The translations under genes were made by a program, and so were the position numbers. Under the pieces are notes generated by a model. It did not search any database. It was not told the DNA's origin and saw nothing but the letters and a program-made list of their open reading frames with translations. This document shows, piece after piece, positions 1 through 9,767 of a DNA stretch of 64,000 nucleotides. Origin of the DNA: Acidobacteriota bacterium (GTDB lineage Bacteria; Acidobacteriota; Vicinamibacteria; Vicinamibacterales; SCN-69-37); contig JADJUS010000004.1 of NCBI GenBank assembly GCA_016716905.1, positions 1,419,603 to 1,483,602 on the forward strand, written 5' to 3'. Every line of letters starts with the position of its first letter. The first letter of the stretch is position 1.

Positions 1-88
1 GCTCCTCACGGGGAGCCCGTCGATTCGGGATGTGATTCTGTTCCCTCTGATGCGCCCTGTGAAAATTGAGCCAATTGGGCAATAGGCA

Positions 89-1333
89 ATGTCTTTCCCC
101 TGGTTCATCGCCCTCAGGTATCTGACCGCCCGCCGGAAGCAGGCGTTCATCTCGCTGATCTCGCTGGTGTCGATCCTCGGCGTGGGCGTGGGGGTGATGG
201 CGCTGATCATCGCGACGGCGCTGATGACCGGCGTGCAGGGTGAACTGCGGGATCGCATCGTCGGCGCCACAGCCCACATCAATGTCTACAAGACTGCCGA
301 TGGCGGCCTCCTGGATGTGGAGGCCGAGGCGCAGAAGATGCAGGTGGAGGGCGTGGTGGGTGTGGCCCCGGTCGTCGCGGGGCAGGGCATGATCGTGTTC
401 AACGGTCTGCAGGCGCCTCTGCAACTGAAAGGGGTCGACCCCGTACGCGAGGTGCAGGTCACCGATCTGGGGTCATCGATGACCGCAGGCGGCCTCTCGA
501 AGTTTGTCGCCGCCCCTGAGACGGGACCGGAGGATGAGCCCATCTACGACCCGATCCTGCTGGGTCAGGATCTGGCCGACCGCTTGCGCGTGACGGTGGG
601 CGACCACGTGCAGATCATGACGCCGGAAGCTGTGATGACGCCGCTGGCCTTGATGCCGCGGATGCGCCGCTTTCAGGTGGTCGGCATCTTCAAACTGGGG
701 TTCTACCAGTTTGATGCGAACTACGGGCTGATCCCGATGTCTGTGGCGCTCGACTTCCTGAGCCAGCCCGGGCCCGACGCGATGCAACTCAAGGTGGCCG
801 ACCTGGATGCAGCGCCTGCGATCGCCGAGCGCTTACGGAACGCGTTGGGCGATTCGTACGCCACGGAAGACTGGACCGAAACCAACGCGTCGCTGTACTC
901 GGCGCTCCGCCTCGAGAAGGTGGCCATCGCGCTCACCATCGGGCTCATCGTCATGGTGGCCGCGCTCAACATCGTGGCGTCGCTCGTGTTGCTCGTGATG
1001 GAAAAAAGCCGCGACATCGGCATTCTGCGCACGATGGGCGCGCCGGCCTCGGCCATCAGGCGCATCTTTCTGCTGCAGGGCCTGACGATTGGCGCCATCG
1101 GCACCGGCGCGGGCACGCTGATGGGCCTGCTCGTGTGCTGGGTGTCGGAGCACTATCGCTTGTTTGAATTGCCGGGCGACGTGTACCAAATCACGCGCCT
1201 GCGGTTTCAGGTGGTGCCGCTGGATGTGCTCACCATCATGGCCTCGGCGATGGTGATTTGCCTGGTCGCCACGTTGTACCCATCCCGCAAAGCCGCGTCG
1301 CTCGATCCGGCCGAAGCCCTGAGGTATCAGTAG
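89..1333 (+). CDS. Lipoprotein-releasing ABC transporter permease, LolC/LolE (FtsX/MacB-type) family
   Basis: 414-aa ORF. N-terminal FIALRYLTARRKQAFISLIS TM1 signature, a large periplasmic loop, and a C-terminal FtsX-type TM bundle ending DPAEALRY. It is followed directly by an ABC ATPase. Confidence 0.85.
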   Translation: MSFPWFIALRYLTARRKQAFISLISLVSILGVGVGVMALIIATALMTGVQGELRDRIVGATAHINVYKTADGGLLDVEAEAQKMQVEGVVGVAPVVAGQGMIVFNGLQAPLQLKGVDPVREVQVTDLGSSMTAGGLSKFVAAPETGPEDEPIYDPILLGQDLADRLRVTVGDHVQIMTPEAVMTPLALMPRMRRFQVVGIFKLGFYQFDANYGLIPMSVALDFLSQPGPDAMQLKVADLDAAPAIAERLRNALGDSYATEDWTETNASLYSALRLEKVAIALTIGLIVMVAALNIVASLVLLVMEKSRDIGILRTMGAPASAIRRIFLLQGLTIGAIGTGAGTLMGLLVCWVSEHYRLFELPGDVYQITRLRFQVVPLDVLTIMASAMVICLVATLYPSRKAASLDPAEALRYQ

Positions 1334-1335
1334 CC

Positions 1336-2010
1336 ATGGGCGTCATCGAGGCACGTGGCGTCGTCAAGTCGTATCAGACCGCCACGCGGCGTCTTGAAGT
1401 GCTGCGCGGCGTCGATCTGGACGTCAGCCCCGGGGAGATGGTGGCCATTGTCGGGGCCTCGGGCGTCGGGAAGAGTTCGCTGCTGCACGTGTTGGGCGGT
1501 CTGGACGTGTTCGACGCCGGCACGATTCGTCTGGGCGACGCCCAGATCCACGAGATGACCGACGCGGCCCGCGTGGCGTTTCGCAATCGGCACGTCGGCT
1601 TCGTGTTCCAGTTCCACCATCTGTTGCCCGAGTTTACGGCGCTTGAAAACGTTGAGATGCCCCTGCGCATCGCGGGCGCGCCGGCCGCCGAACGGCGTGC
1701 GCGCGCGGAAGAGTTGCTTGAGCGAGTCGGCCTGGCCGACCGGGCGTCGCACCGGCCGTCGGCGCTGTCCGGCGGTGAACAGCAGCGCGTGGCGATCGCC
1801 CGGGCCCTGGTGTCGCGCCCCACGGTGCTGCTGGCTGACGAACCGACCGGCAACCTTGACGAGGCCACCGCGGCCGACCTGCACCGGCTGATTCGCGACA
1901 TGCACGCCGAACACGGCCTGACCTCACTCATCGCCACTCACAATCCGCTGCTCGCGGCGGCCTGTGATCGCATCCTCCGGCTCGAGGCCGGGCGGCTGAG
2001 CCCTGCCTGA
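1336..2010 (+). CDS. lolD: Lipoprotein-releasing system ATP-binding protein LolD (MacB-like ABC ATPase)
   Basis: Walker A GASGVGKSS, ABC signature LSGGEQQRVAIARAL, Walker B LLLADEPTGNLD. I chose the ATG at 1336 (MGVIEARG) just after the permease stop; the track ORF start at 1258 overlaps the upstream gene. Confidence 0.85.
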   Translation: MGVIEARGVVKSYQTATRRLEVLRGVDLDVSPGEMVAIVGASGVGKSSLLHVLGGLDVFDAGTIRLGDAQIHEMTDAARVAFRNRHVGFVFQFHHLLPEFTALENVEMPLRIAGAPAAERRARAEELLERVGLADRASHRPSALSGGEQQRVAIARALVSRPTVLLADEPTGNLDEATAADLHRLIRDMHAEHGLTSLIATHNPLLAAACDRILRLEAGRLSPA

Positions 2011-2017
2011 TCCACCG

Positions 2018-2023
2018 TATAAT
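2018..2023 (+). promoter_or_regulatory. Candidate -10 box (TATAAT) 8 nt upstream of the clpC ATG
   Basis: Perfect TATAAT at 2018-2023. The ATG (MFERY) is at 2032 with no Shine-Dalgarno between them. Only a weak -35 (CTGAGC, 16-nt spacer). Confidence 0.3.
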
Positions 2024-2031
2024 TGAGCCTG

Positions 2032-4437
2032 ATGTTTGAGCGCTATACCGAACGTGCGCGGCGGGTGCTGTTTTTCGCCCGGTACGAAGCCACGCAACTG
2101 GGCAGCAACTCGATCGAGACCGAGCACCTGTTGCTGGGCCTCATCCGGGAAGGCAAGGGCCTGACGAGCCGGATCTTTGCCCGGTCACATCTGTCACTCG
2201 AAAGCATCCGCAAGGAAATCGAAGCCCGCACCACGTTCCGCGAGAAGGTCTCGACGTCGGTGGATATTCCGTTCAGTACCGAGACCAGGCGCGTGCTGCA
2301 GTATTCAGCCGACGAAGCCGACCGGTTGCTGCACACGTACGTCGGCACCGAGCACATCCTGCTGGGCCTGCTTCGCGAGGAGCGCTCCGTCGCGTCCTCG
2401 ATTCTGCATGAAAAGGGCATGCGGCTGGTGAGTGTGCGCGACGACATCGTGCAGTTGCTCAACGAAAAAACCACGCCGGTCCGACCGAAAGAAACGCCCC
2501 TGCTTGCGGAGTTCAGCCGCGACCTCACGGACGCCGCCGCGCGGCATCAACTCGATCCGCTGGTGGGACGCGGGCTCGAACTGGAGCGCGTGCAGCAGGT
2601 GTTGTGCCGCCGCACCAAGAACAACGTCGTCTTGATCGGCGAGCCCGGCGTGGGCAAAACCGCCATCGTCGAAGGGCTGGCGCAGAAGATTGTGGATGGC
2701 GAGGCGCCGCACTTTCTTGCCGACAAGCGCGTGCTGGCCCTGGACTTGTCGTTGATTGTGGCGGGCACCAAATATCGCGGCCAGTTCGAAGAGCGCCTCA
2801 AGGCGATCATGAAGGAACTGATCGACAACCCGAACATCATCGTGTTCATCGACGAGTTGCACACGCTGGTGGGGGCGGGCTCGGCGGAAGGTTCACTGGA
2901 CGCGGCCAACATCCTCAAACCGGCGCTGTCGCGCGGCCAGATTCGCTGCGTGGGCGCCACGACGCCGGCCGAGTACCGCAAATATATAGAGAAAGACCGG
3001 TCGCTTGAACGGCGGTTCCAGGCCGTGAAGGTGGACCCGCCCTCGGAAGAAGAGTCGCTGCAGGTCATGCTCGGCGTGAAGGACCGCTACGAGGCGTTCC
3101 ATCACGTGGAGTACACCCCCGAGGCGCTTGAAGCGGCGGTCTATCAGTCCAGTCGATACATCACCGATCGATTCCTGCCCGACAAGGCCATCGACTTGAT
3201 CGATGAGGCCGGGGCACGCGTGAAGTTGCGCGAAGCCAAGCTGCGCCAGGAAGCCGGCGCGTACACCAAGCAGGTCGTGACGCCGGTGCCGCTGGCCGAG
3301 GCTGAGGAAGACCTGAGCCTGGACGACAACGCGGTCGCGGTGGTGCGCGAATCGTTGATCGTGCATCCGCGTGGCCGCCGCGTGGTGGTGGGGCGCCAGG
3401 AAATTGACGAGGTCGTGTCCAAGTGGACCGGCGTGCCGCTGACGTCGATCAACGAAGACGAAGGCGACAAACTCCTGCGAATGGAGGAGGAACTCCACGG
3501 GCGGGTCATCAGCCAGGAGCGCGCGATTTCGGCGCTGTCTCGCGCCATTCGACGGTCACGCGCGGGTTTGAAGAACCCCAACCGCCCGGTGGGCAGCTTC
3601 GTGTTTCTTGGGCCCACAGGCGTGGGCAAGACGGAACTGGCGCGCGCGTTGGCCAGTTTCCTGTTTGGGTCGGATCAGGCGCTCATTCGTTTCGACATGT
3701 CCGAGTACATGGAGAAACACGCCGTCTCGAAGCTCATCGGGTCGCCGCCCGGCTACGTGGGCCACGAAGAGGGTGGCCAGCTGACCGAAAAGGTGAAGCG
3801 GCATCCGTACTCGGTGGTGCTGCTCGATGAAATTGAGAAGGCGCATCCGGACCTCTTCAACATCCTGCTGCAGGTCTTTGAGGATGGGCACCTGACCGAT
3901 GGGTTGGGCAATCGCATCAACTTCAAGAACACGATCATCATCATGACGTCCAACATCGGGGCCCGCTTCATCCAGAAGAAGGCGTCGATGGGCTTCCAGG
4001 CGCAGGACAGCCGCGAAGTGCAGCGAACGGTCACCGAGATGGTGCTGGGTGAGGTCAAAAAGACCTTTAATCCCGAGTTCATCAACCGTGTCGATGAAAT
4101 CATCGTGTTCGAGCCGTTGTCTGACGATGACCTGAGGCAGATTACGGTGTTGCTGGTGGATGGCCTGAATAAACACCTGGCGCAGCGGCAGTTGTCGATT
4201 TCGCTGGCGCCCGAGGCCGTAGACTGGATTATCGACGTCACCTGCCGCGACCGGACGTACGGCGCGCGGCCGTTGCGGCGGGCGATTCAGCGATACATTG
4301 AGGATCCCCTGTCCGAGGAACTGATTCGGGGTCAGTTGCGGACCGGGCACGTTGAGGTCTACCTTGACCACGGGACGCTGTCGTGGCGGTCCGCGGGTGG
4401 ATCTGAGACCGGCCGCCCGCTGGCGGCGACCGTCTGA
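2032..4437 (+). CDS. clpC: ATP-dependent Clp protease ATP-binding subunit ClpC (class I AAA+ Clp/Hsp100)
   Basis: Two Clp_N repeats ([23 protein letters not shown]) and two AAA modules ([10 protein letters not shown] and [12 protein letters not shown] Walker A motifs). An alternative TTG start lies at 2023. Confidence 0.9.
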   Translation: MFERYTERARRVLFFARYEATQLGSNSIETEHLLLGLIREGKGLTSRIFARSHLSLESIRKEIEARTTFREKVSTSVDIPFSTETRRVLQYSADEADRLLHTYVGTEHILLGLLREERSVASSILHEKGMRLVSVRDDIVQLLNEKTTPVRPKETPLLAEFSRDLTDAAARHQLDPLVGRGLELERVQQVLCRRTKNNVVLIGEPGVGKTAIVEGLAQKIVDGEAPHFLADKRVLALDLSLIVAGTKYRGQFEERLKAIMKELIDNPNIIVFIDELHTLVGAGSAEGSLDAANILKPALSRGQIRCVGATTPAEYRKYIEKDRSLERRFQAVKVDPPSEEESLQVMLGVKDRYEAFHHVEYTPEALEAAVYQSSRYITDRFLPDKAIDLIDEAGARVKLREAKLRQEAGAYTKQVVTPVPLAEAEEDLSLDDNAVAVVRESLIVHPRGRRVVVGRQEIDEVVSKWTGVPLTSINEDEGDKLLRMEEELHGRVISQERAISALSRAIRRSRAGLKNPNRPVGSFVFLGPTGVGKTELARALASFLFGSDQALIRFDMSEYMEKHAVSKLIGSPPGYVGHEEGGQLTEKVKRHPYSVVLLDEIEKAHPDLFNILLQVFEDGHLTDGLGNRINFKNTIIIMTSNIGARFIQKKASMGFQAQDSREVQRTVTEMVLGEVKKTFNPEFINRVDEIIVFEPLSDDDLRQITVLLVDGLNKHLAQRQLSISLAPEAVDWIIDVTCRDRTYGARPLRRAIQRYIEDPLSEELIRGQLRTGHVEVYLDHGTLSWRSAGGSETGRPLAATV

Positions 4438-4454
4438 ACGGAAAGCAAATACTC

Positions 4455-4477
4455 CCGCCCCCGTTTGGGCGGCTTTT
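4455..4477 (+). terminator. GC stem-loop plus T4 tract after clpC
   Basis: CCGCCC-ccgttt-GGGCGG followed by CTTTT, 18 nt after the clpC stop. It lies only 13 nt before the likely bamA start, so it could be an attenuator or stabiliser rather than a full terminator. Confidence 0.35.
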
Positions 4478-4489
4478 GGGCCAGGTGCT

Positions 4490-7189
4490 GTGTTGACCCT
4501 GATCAAGCGTGTGTGTGTGGTGTTCGTCCTGATCGCGCTGACCGGCTTTGTGCCGGCATTGGTGCATGGCGCGGCGGGCCAGACGCCTCCCCCGGTGGCC
4601 CAGCAGGCCCAGCCGCCCGCCCAGCCGCAGGCGCCGGCGCTGCCCCCGACCGATATCGGCCCGGTACTCCGGAGTATCGAACTGAAGCTCGTCCCCGAGA
4701 ACGTGTTCACCACGGTCCCGTCCGAGACCTACCTCTACTACGTGCGCACGGAGGCGTCCCGGCCTCTCACGCGCGGCACGTGGGTGCCCTACAACGCGGC
4801 GACCGAGGCGTCGCTGCTTGCGGACTTCGATCGGCTGTTTGCGACGCCTTTTGTTGACGACATGAGGATCGAGGTCGTGGACAGCGTCTATCCGAACGGT
4901 GTCATCGGCAAGCAGGTGGTGTTCCTGATCGAAGAACGGCGCCGCATCAAGATTGTTGATTACCCTGGCTCAAAGGAAGTGGCCATCGCCGACATCGAGA
5001 GCAAGCTGAAGGAACTGAGCCTCGACCTGAGGCTGGATTCCCCGGTGGATGACGCCGTGGTGCGCCGCGTGGCGGGCGTGGTCAAGACCCTGTATGCCGA
5101 AAAGGGCTATCAGTTTGCCACCGTGACGCCGACGACGAAGCCCGTGGCCGGCGGTCCGAAGCTGGTGCATCTGTCGTTCAACATCGATCAAGGGCCGAAG
5201 GTCAGGATTCGCGAGGTGGTGTTCGACGGCAACAACGAGGTCAGCGACGGCGCCCTGCGCAAGCGGATGAAGGTCAACAAGGCGCGCGGGCTCCTGGGCT
5301 TCATCAGCGGCGGCGGCACCTATCAGGACGCCAAGTTTGCCGAGGATGCGCAAGCGCTTGAGGCGTATTTCCGTGAACAGGGGTACGTGTTCGCGAAGGT
5401 GGGCCAGCCGCAGATTGAGCCGATTGAAGACTCGGCCGACGGCAAGAGCCGGTGGGTGCGACTCCGGATCCCCGTGGACGAGCGGACGCGGTATCGCGTG
5501 AAGTCGGTGTCGGTGGCGGGCAACGAAAACGTACCGACGGCGGCCATTCTCTCCGTGTTCGAGAAGCTCAAGGTGGGCGACTACTACTCGGAGAAGCCCG
5601 TCCGAAAGGGTTACGAAAAGCTTCAGGAGTTTTACGGCAGCGCGGGGTTCTGGGAATTCACCATGGACCCGGAAGTGAAGCCGAACGACTGGAATCTGGA
5701 CACCGGCGAACCGATCCCCGGGTTTCAGGGCACGCCCGAAGTGGACGTGGTCATCAAGATCCAGGAAGGTGTGCGTTACTTCCTCAACCGGCTGACGTTC
5801 CTCGGCAACACCACCACGCGCGACTCGGTCATCCGGCGCGAGATGCGGTTGGTGGAAGGCGGCGTCTTCAACATGGAGTCGCTGAAGTTCAGCGTGCGCC
5901 GGTTGAACCAACTCGGCTACTTCAAGCCGCTCGAGAGCGAAGACTCGGTCAAGATCGAAAAGACTCCGAACGCCGACGGCAAGGTGGACGTGCGGCTGAA
6001 GTTTGAAGAGCAGAACCGCAACCAGTTGAGCTTCGGCGCCGGCATCTCGCAGTTCGAGGGTTTCTTCGGACAGCTGGGCTTCCAGACGTCCAACCTGATG
6101 GGCCGCGGCGAGACACTGTCGATTTCAGCGCAGAAGGGTTCGCAGGCGAAGAACTATCAGATCGCCTTCACCGAGCCGTTCCTGTTCGACCGCCCGATTA
6201 CCGCCGGCATCGACTTGTATTCGCGGGAGGTGAACTATCTCTTCCAGTTCACCCAGGGGTCGACCGGTGCCAACCTCCTCTTCGGGTTCCCGGTAAAGAG
6301 CTGGTCGCGGTTTTATATCGGCTACAGCCTTGAGAATGTGTCGGTCTCGAATATCTCCGACATCTACAAAGACCCGAACGTGCTGGCGGGGAACCCGCTG
6401 CTGAGTGAATCACTGCTCATCAACTCGAACGGCAAACGAGTGATCAGCAAGATTTCGCCCAGCATCATGTACAACACGATCAACGAGCCGATCTTCCCGA
6501 GCAGCGGCACCAAGTACACGGCGGCGTTTGACATCGCGGGTCTGGGCGGCGACACGTCGTTCCTCCGCGGACGACTTGAGGGCACCTGGTATCTGCCGGT
6601 CACGCCCCGGACGTCGTTCGGGTTCCGCTTGCAGGGTGAATACGTCAGGCCGTACGGCGACACCACGACCCTGCCCATTTTCGAAAAGCTTGTGCTCGGC
6701 GGCGAGTACAGCATTCGCGGGTTCGACCTGCGCAGCGTCGGCACGCGTGACGAGCGCTCGGGCCTGGTGCTGGGCGGCAACAAGACGCTGCTGTTCAACG
6801 GCGAATACATGATTCGCGTCGGCGGCCCTGTGCGCCTCGTGTTCTTCTATGACGCCGGTCAGGTGCGCGACATCGGCGAGCGGTTTGTGTGGAAGGAAAC
6901 CGTGTTCGAGACCGTGGCGGCCACGCCGCCCCTGCTGGCAGACCCTGGACAGGAAGTGGAACTGACGCCGGAAGGTTATGTGGCGCCCACGCCCACGCTT
7001 CGGGAGATCGGCAAGAGCTACGCGTTCAAGACGTCGATGGGCAGCGAAATCCGCTTCTTCATGCCGGTGCTCAACGTACCGTTCCGGCTGATCTTTGCGT
7101 ACAACCCGCAGCGTGGCCGGGTGTTCAACAACAACCTGCGGCCGCAGCCGAAGTTCACGTTCCGGTTTGCTGTGGGAACGACGTTCTGA
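4490..7189 (+). CDS. bamA: Outer membrane protein assembly factor BamA
   Basis: Signal-like N-terminus (LIKRVCVVFVLIALTGFVPALVHGAAG), a Pro/Gln-rich linker, POTRA-like repeats, and a C-terminal Omp85 barrel ending FRFAVGTTF. I chose the GTG at 4490 (or TTG at 4493) because the track start at 4352 overlaps clpC. Confidence 0.85.
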   Translation: MLTLIKRVCVVFVLIALTGFVPALVHGAAGQTPPPVAQQAQPPAQPQAPALPPTDIGPVLRSIELKLVPENVFTTVPSETYLYYVRTEASRPLTRGTWVPYNAATEASLLADFDRLFATPFVDDMRIEVVDSVYPNGVIGKQVVFLIEERRRIKIVDYPGSKEVAIADIESKLKELSLDLRLDSPVDDAVVRRVAGVVKTLYAEKGYQFATVTPTTKPVAGGPKLVHLSFNIDQGPKVRIREVVFDGNNEVSDGALRKRMKVNKARGLLGFISGGGTYQDAKFAEDAQALEAYFREQGYVFAKVGQPQIEPIEDSADGKSRWVRLRIPVDERTRYRVKSVSVAGNENVPTAAILSVFEKLKVGDYYSEKPVRKGYEKLQEFYGSAGFWEFTMDPEVKPNDWNLDTGEPIPGFQGTPEVDVVIKIQEGVRYFLNRLTFLGNTTTRDSVIRREMRLVEGGVFNMESLKFSVRRLNQLGYFKPLESEDSVKIEKTPNADGKVDVRLKFEEQNRNQLSFGAGISQFEGFFGQLGFQTSNLMGRGETLSISAQKGSQAKNYQIAFTEPFLFDRPITAGIDLYSREVNYLFQFTQGSTGANLLFGFPVKSWSRFYIGYSLENVSVSNISDIYKDPNVLAGNPLLSESLLINSNGKRVISKISPSIMYNTINEPIFPSSGTKYTAAFDIAGLGGDTSFLRGRLEGTWYLPVTPRTSFGFRLQGEYVRPYGDTTTLPIFEKLVLGGEYSIRGFDLRSVGTRDERSGLVLGGNKTLLFNGEYMIRVGGPVRLVFFYDAGQVRDIGERFVWKETVFETVAATPPLLADPGQEVELTPEGYVAPTPTLREIGKSYAFKTSMGSEIRFFMPVLNVPFRLIFAYNPQRGRVFNNNLRPQPKFTFRFAVGTTF

Positions 7190-7198
7190 GGAAAGAAA

Positions 7199-7246
7199 AG
7201 GACCTCTGAGGTTCAACCTCAGAGGTCCTGGTTACCTCAGAGGTCT
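7199..7246. repeat. ACCTCAGAGGT-core palindromic repeats; probable bidirectional terminator
   Basis: Perfect inverted repeat AGGACCTCTGAGGTT-c-AACCTCAGAGGTCCT (7199-7229) plus a third core copy at 7234-7244, between two convergent stop codons. Confidence 0.6.
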
Positions 7247-7253
7247 TGGACGC

Positions 7254-7706
7254 CTAGAAATGAACGACCGAGACCGTGAACTTCACGGGGGTGGTGACGC
7301 CGCCGACGTCGTAGACGCGCAGGCACAAACGGCCAGGGCCGCCCACCGTGCCGGTCAGGGTGGCAAATTCGAAGGCGCTGTCGTTTGAGATGACCGTCTG
7401 GCACCCAAGGCCGTTCCAGGTGCCCATTGCGAATCCGATGGGCTCAATCACGGGCACCAGGGCGGCCATCGTGGCGGTGGCCGTGCCGGCCGCCAGGGCC
7501 TCGAACGGGAAGGTCACGGCGCCGTTTTGGGCGAGCGTGCCGGTAAATGTCTCGGTAAATGACACCGGATCTTCCGTGGTGTCAGTCGGGGCCACCGGTC
7601 CGGCGTCGTCACAGGCCGCCGCAGTGGCTGCGAGCGTCAGAATAGCGAGGCTTCGGGCCAGGAAAGTTCGGGTCAGGAAAGGGCGTCTGAGCACAGCGGG
7701 GCGCAT
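7254..7706 (-). CDS. Hypothetical lipoprotein (about 150 aa)
   Basis: The ATG at 7706 gives MRPAVLRRPFLTRTFLARSLAILTLAATAAAC, i.e. a signal peptide plus lipobox Cys. I recognised no family. The track ORF extends upstream to 7910. Confidence 0.55.
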   Translation of the reverse strand: MRPAVLRRPFLTRTFLARSLAILTLAATAAACDDAGPVAPTDTTEDPVSFTETFTGTLAQNGAVTFPFEALAAGTATATMAALVPVIEPIGFAMGTWNGLGCQTVISNDSAFEFATLTGTVGGPGRLCLRVYDVGGVTTPVKFTVSVVHF

Positions 7707-7788
7707 GGCGTCTAGTTTACTCGGACTGGCCTCAGCGGCACGTTCTACGTTATCGTTTCTTTTGGAAAGGTGTAGGTATAGACCACTC

Positions 7789-8430
7789 ATGAGTAGACAG
7801 ACGATCACTATGGCCATCTTGGCCGTTTTTGTGGCGGGCAACGCCCTGGCCCAGACAGCCCCTCCCGTACAGAATCCGCCGGTACAGAACCCGCCGGCGA
7901 CAACGGCCAAACCACCGGCTCAGGCGGTTCCGGCGCCCCCCGCGGCTCCGGTGCAGCCGCCGTTCCCGGTTGAATCCAAGATCGGCTTCGTGGACCTTCA
8001 GTCGGTCGTCGCCCAATCGATTCTGGGCAAGGCCGGCTCCCAGCAGTACGAGGCACTTGGCAAGAAGCTGGAAGGCGAACTGACCGGGCTTCAGACCAAG
8101 TTGAAGGATGCCCAGACCCGGCAGCAGACGCAGGCCAACCTCCTGAGCGAAGTGGCCGCTGCCAACCTGGCGAAGGACATCGATCGGCTCACCCGTGAGC
8201 TGACGTTCAAGCAGCAGGAAGCCCAGTCCGAACTGCAGACGCTGCAGCAGGACCTGCTGGGTGATTTCGAGAAGAAGGTCATGCCGATTCTCGAGAGCCT
8301 TGCCAAGGAGCGCAACCTCCACATCGTGTTCAACGTGGAAAACAGCGGCGCGGTCTACGTGTTCCCGGGACTCAACCTCTCGCCGGAACTCGTCAAGCGC
8401 GTCGACGCGCAGTACTCGGCGAAGAAATAA
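7789..8430 (+). CDS. skp: Periplasmic chaperone Skp/OmpH family
   Basis: Signal peptide MSRQTITMAILAVFVAGNALAQ, a Pro-rich linker, then a coiled-coil OmpH-like body (KIGFVDLQSVV...). It sits downstream of bamA as in the canonical cluster. Confidence 0.8.
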   Translation: MSRQTITMAILAVFVAGNALAQTAPPVQNPPVQNPPATTAKPPAQAVPAPPAAPVQPPFPVESKIGFVDLQSVVAQSILGKAGSQQYEALGKKLEGELTGLQTKLKDAQTRQQTQANLLSEVAAANLAKDIDRLTRELTFKQQEAQSELQTLQQDLLGDFEKKVMPILESLAKERNLHIVFNVENSGAVYVFPGLNLSPELVKRVDAQYSAKK

Positions 8431-8498
8431 GGCCCTCAGTCCTATGGGTCGGGTAGTCGGGCGCCGCCCGATTACCCGATTCGATTCCAGGTTCAAGA

Positions 8499-9755
8499 TT
8501 GCCGATGTTTGCCTCCGTCCTAGACCGCCTGTCCTATCGCTATCCTTCAGTGCTGGTTGACGGCGTTCTGTCGCACGAACCTGGCGTGCGGATGGTGGCC
8601 GTCAAAAACGTCACCGTCAACGAAGAATTTTTCCAGGGACATTTCCCAGGCACACCTTTGATGCCGGGCGTGCTGCTCATTGAGTCGCTCGCTCAGGTCG
8701 CCACGCTACTGCTGGCCGACACCCTGCCGGGCCGCGGTGACCGCGTCGCGCTTCGCAGCGTAGACGATGTGAAATTTCGCAAGCAGGTGGTGCCGGGAGA
8801 CCGGCTCGAACTGGATGTGAAGCTTGGCGCGCGGCGAGGGCCATTGGTGCGGGCTGAAGCCATTGCCACGAACAAGGGCCAGGTGGTGGCTGAAGCCCGG
8901 CTCCTGCTGGTGGTGGAGCCGGAGGTGGTGGTGCCGGAAGCCGACATCCACCCGACGGCCGTCATTCATCCTGGCGCCGTCATCGGCGAAGGCACGGTGG
9001 TCGGGCCCTACGCCATCATCGGCCCACGCGTGACCGTGGGCAATCACTGCCGCATTGGCGCCTCGACCGTGATCGACGGATGGACAGATATTGGCGACCA
9101 TACCGAAATCTTTCCCCTCGCCTCGATTGGCCTCGCGCCCCAGGACCTCAAGTTCAAGGGCGAACCCACGCGACTCACGATTGGCACCAACAACGTCTTC
9201 CGTGAGTTCGTCACCATTCACCGGGGCACGGCTGGTGGCGGCGGCGTGACGACGATTGGCGACCACAACCTGTTCATGGCGTACGCCCACGTCGCGCACG
9301 ACTGCCATGTCGGCAACCACACCATCTTCGGCAATGGCGCCACGCTGGGCGGTCACGTGACGGTTGATGACTGGGTGACGATCAGTGCCTTCTCGGGCGT
9401 GCACCAGTTCTGCCGCATCGGCAAGTTTGCGTTCATCGGCGGTTACACCGTGGTCACGCGCAACGCGCTGCCGTATGCCAAGACGGTGGGCAACCGCGCC
9501 CGCATCTATGGCCTGAACTCGATTGGCCTGGAACGCCGGGGCTTCTCGCGCGAACTGATCGGCAAGCTGCGCCGCGCGTATCGGCACCTCATCCAGCACA
9601 ACACCAGCCGCGCCATCGAGTTGATCGAGGGCGACCCCACGCTGGCCGCTCCCGAAGTGGCGTTCCTGGTGGAGTTCATCCGGCACGCCGGGTCGCGTGG
9701 TGTCATTCTCAGGCGGCCCTCCCGCAGGGCTGGCGACGAGACCGGCGGGGAGTAA
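8499..9755 (+). CDS. fabZ-lpxA: Fusion protein: 3-hydroxyacyl-ACP dehydratase FabZ (N-terminal) plus UDP-GlcNAc O-acyltransferase LpxA (C-terminal)
   Basis: Single uninterrupted 418-aa ORF. The N-terminal ~150 aa carry the FabZ hot-dog motifs (YPSVLVDGV, NEEFFQGHFPGTPLMPGVLLIESLAQV). After the PEVVVPE linker comes an LpxA hexapeptide-repeat body (IHPTAVIHPGAVIGEG ... LKFKGEPTRLTIG ... HRGT ... HVAHDCHVGN ... GLERRGFSRE). Confidence 0.85.
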   Translation: MPMFASVLDRLSYRYPSVLVDGVLSHEPGVRMVAVKNVTVNEEFFQGHFPGTPLMPGVLLIESLAQVATLLLADTLPGRGDRVALRSVDDVKFRKQVVPGDRLELDVKLGARRGPLVRAEAIATNKGQVVAEARLLLVVEPEVVVPEADIHPTAVIHPGAVIGEGTVVGPYAIIGPRVTVGNHCRIGASTVIDGWTDIGDHTEIFPLASIGLAPQDLKFKGEPTRLTIGTNNVFREFVTIHRGTAGGGGVTTIGDHNLFMAYAHVAHDCHVGNHTIFGNGATLGGHVTVDDWVTISAFSGVHQFCRIGKFAFIGGYTVVTRNALPYAKTVGNRARIYGLNSIGLERRGFSRELIGKLRRAYRHLIQHNTSRAIELIEGDPTLAAPEVAFLVEFIRHAGSRGVILRRPSRRAGDETGGE

Positions 9756-9767
9756 GATCTCCACCAG

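Noticed and set aside
1258-1335. N-terminal extensions of track ORFs. Track starts concerned: 1258, 4352, 7348, 7910 (-), 15521, 21054, 22174, 28152, 31167 (-), 31181, 36248 (-), 49344, 50280, 55564 (-), 56225 (-), 58384, 61998 (-).
   Set aside because: In each case the extension overlaps the upstream gene or a repeat and lacks homology. An internal start gives the canonical N-terminus (signal peptide, conserved first motif), often with ATGA/GTGA coupling to the upstream stop.
3556-4713. Long antisense or out-of-frame ORFs throughout the track. Examples: 3556-4713 (-), 8706-10133 (-), 14458-15753 (-), 29902-31158 (+), 30962-32887 (-), 34440-35243 (+), 41345-42664 (-), 42911-44257 (-), 52014-52994 (+), 56174-57154 (+), 60604-61596 (+).
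   Set aside because: They overlap strongly supported genes on the other strand or frame. Their translations are Arg/Ala/Gly/Pro-rich with no recognisable motifs. This is typical of stop-codon-poor shadow ORFs in high-GC DNA.
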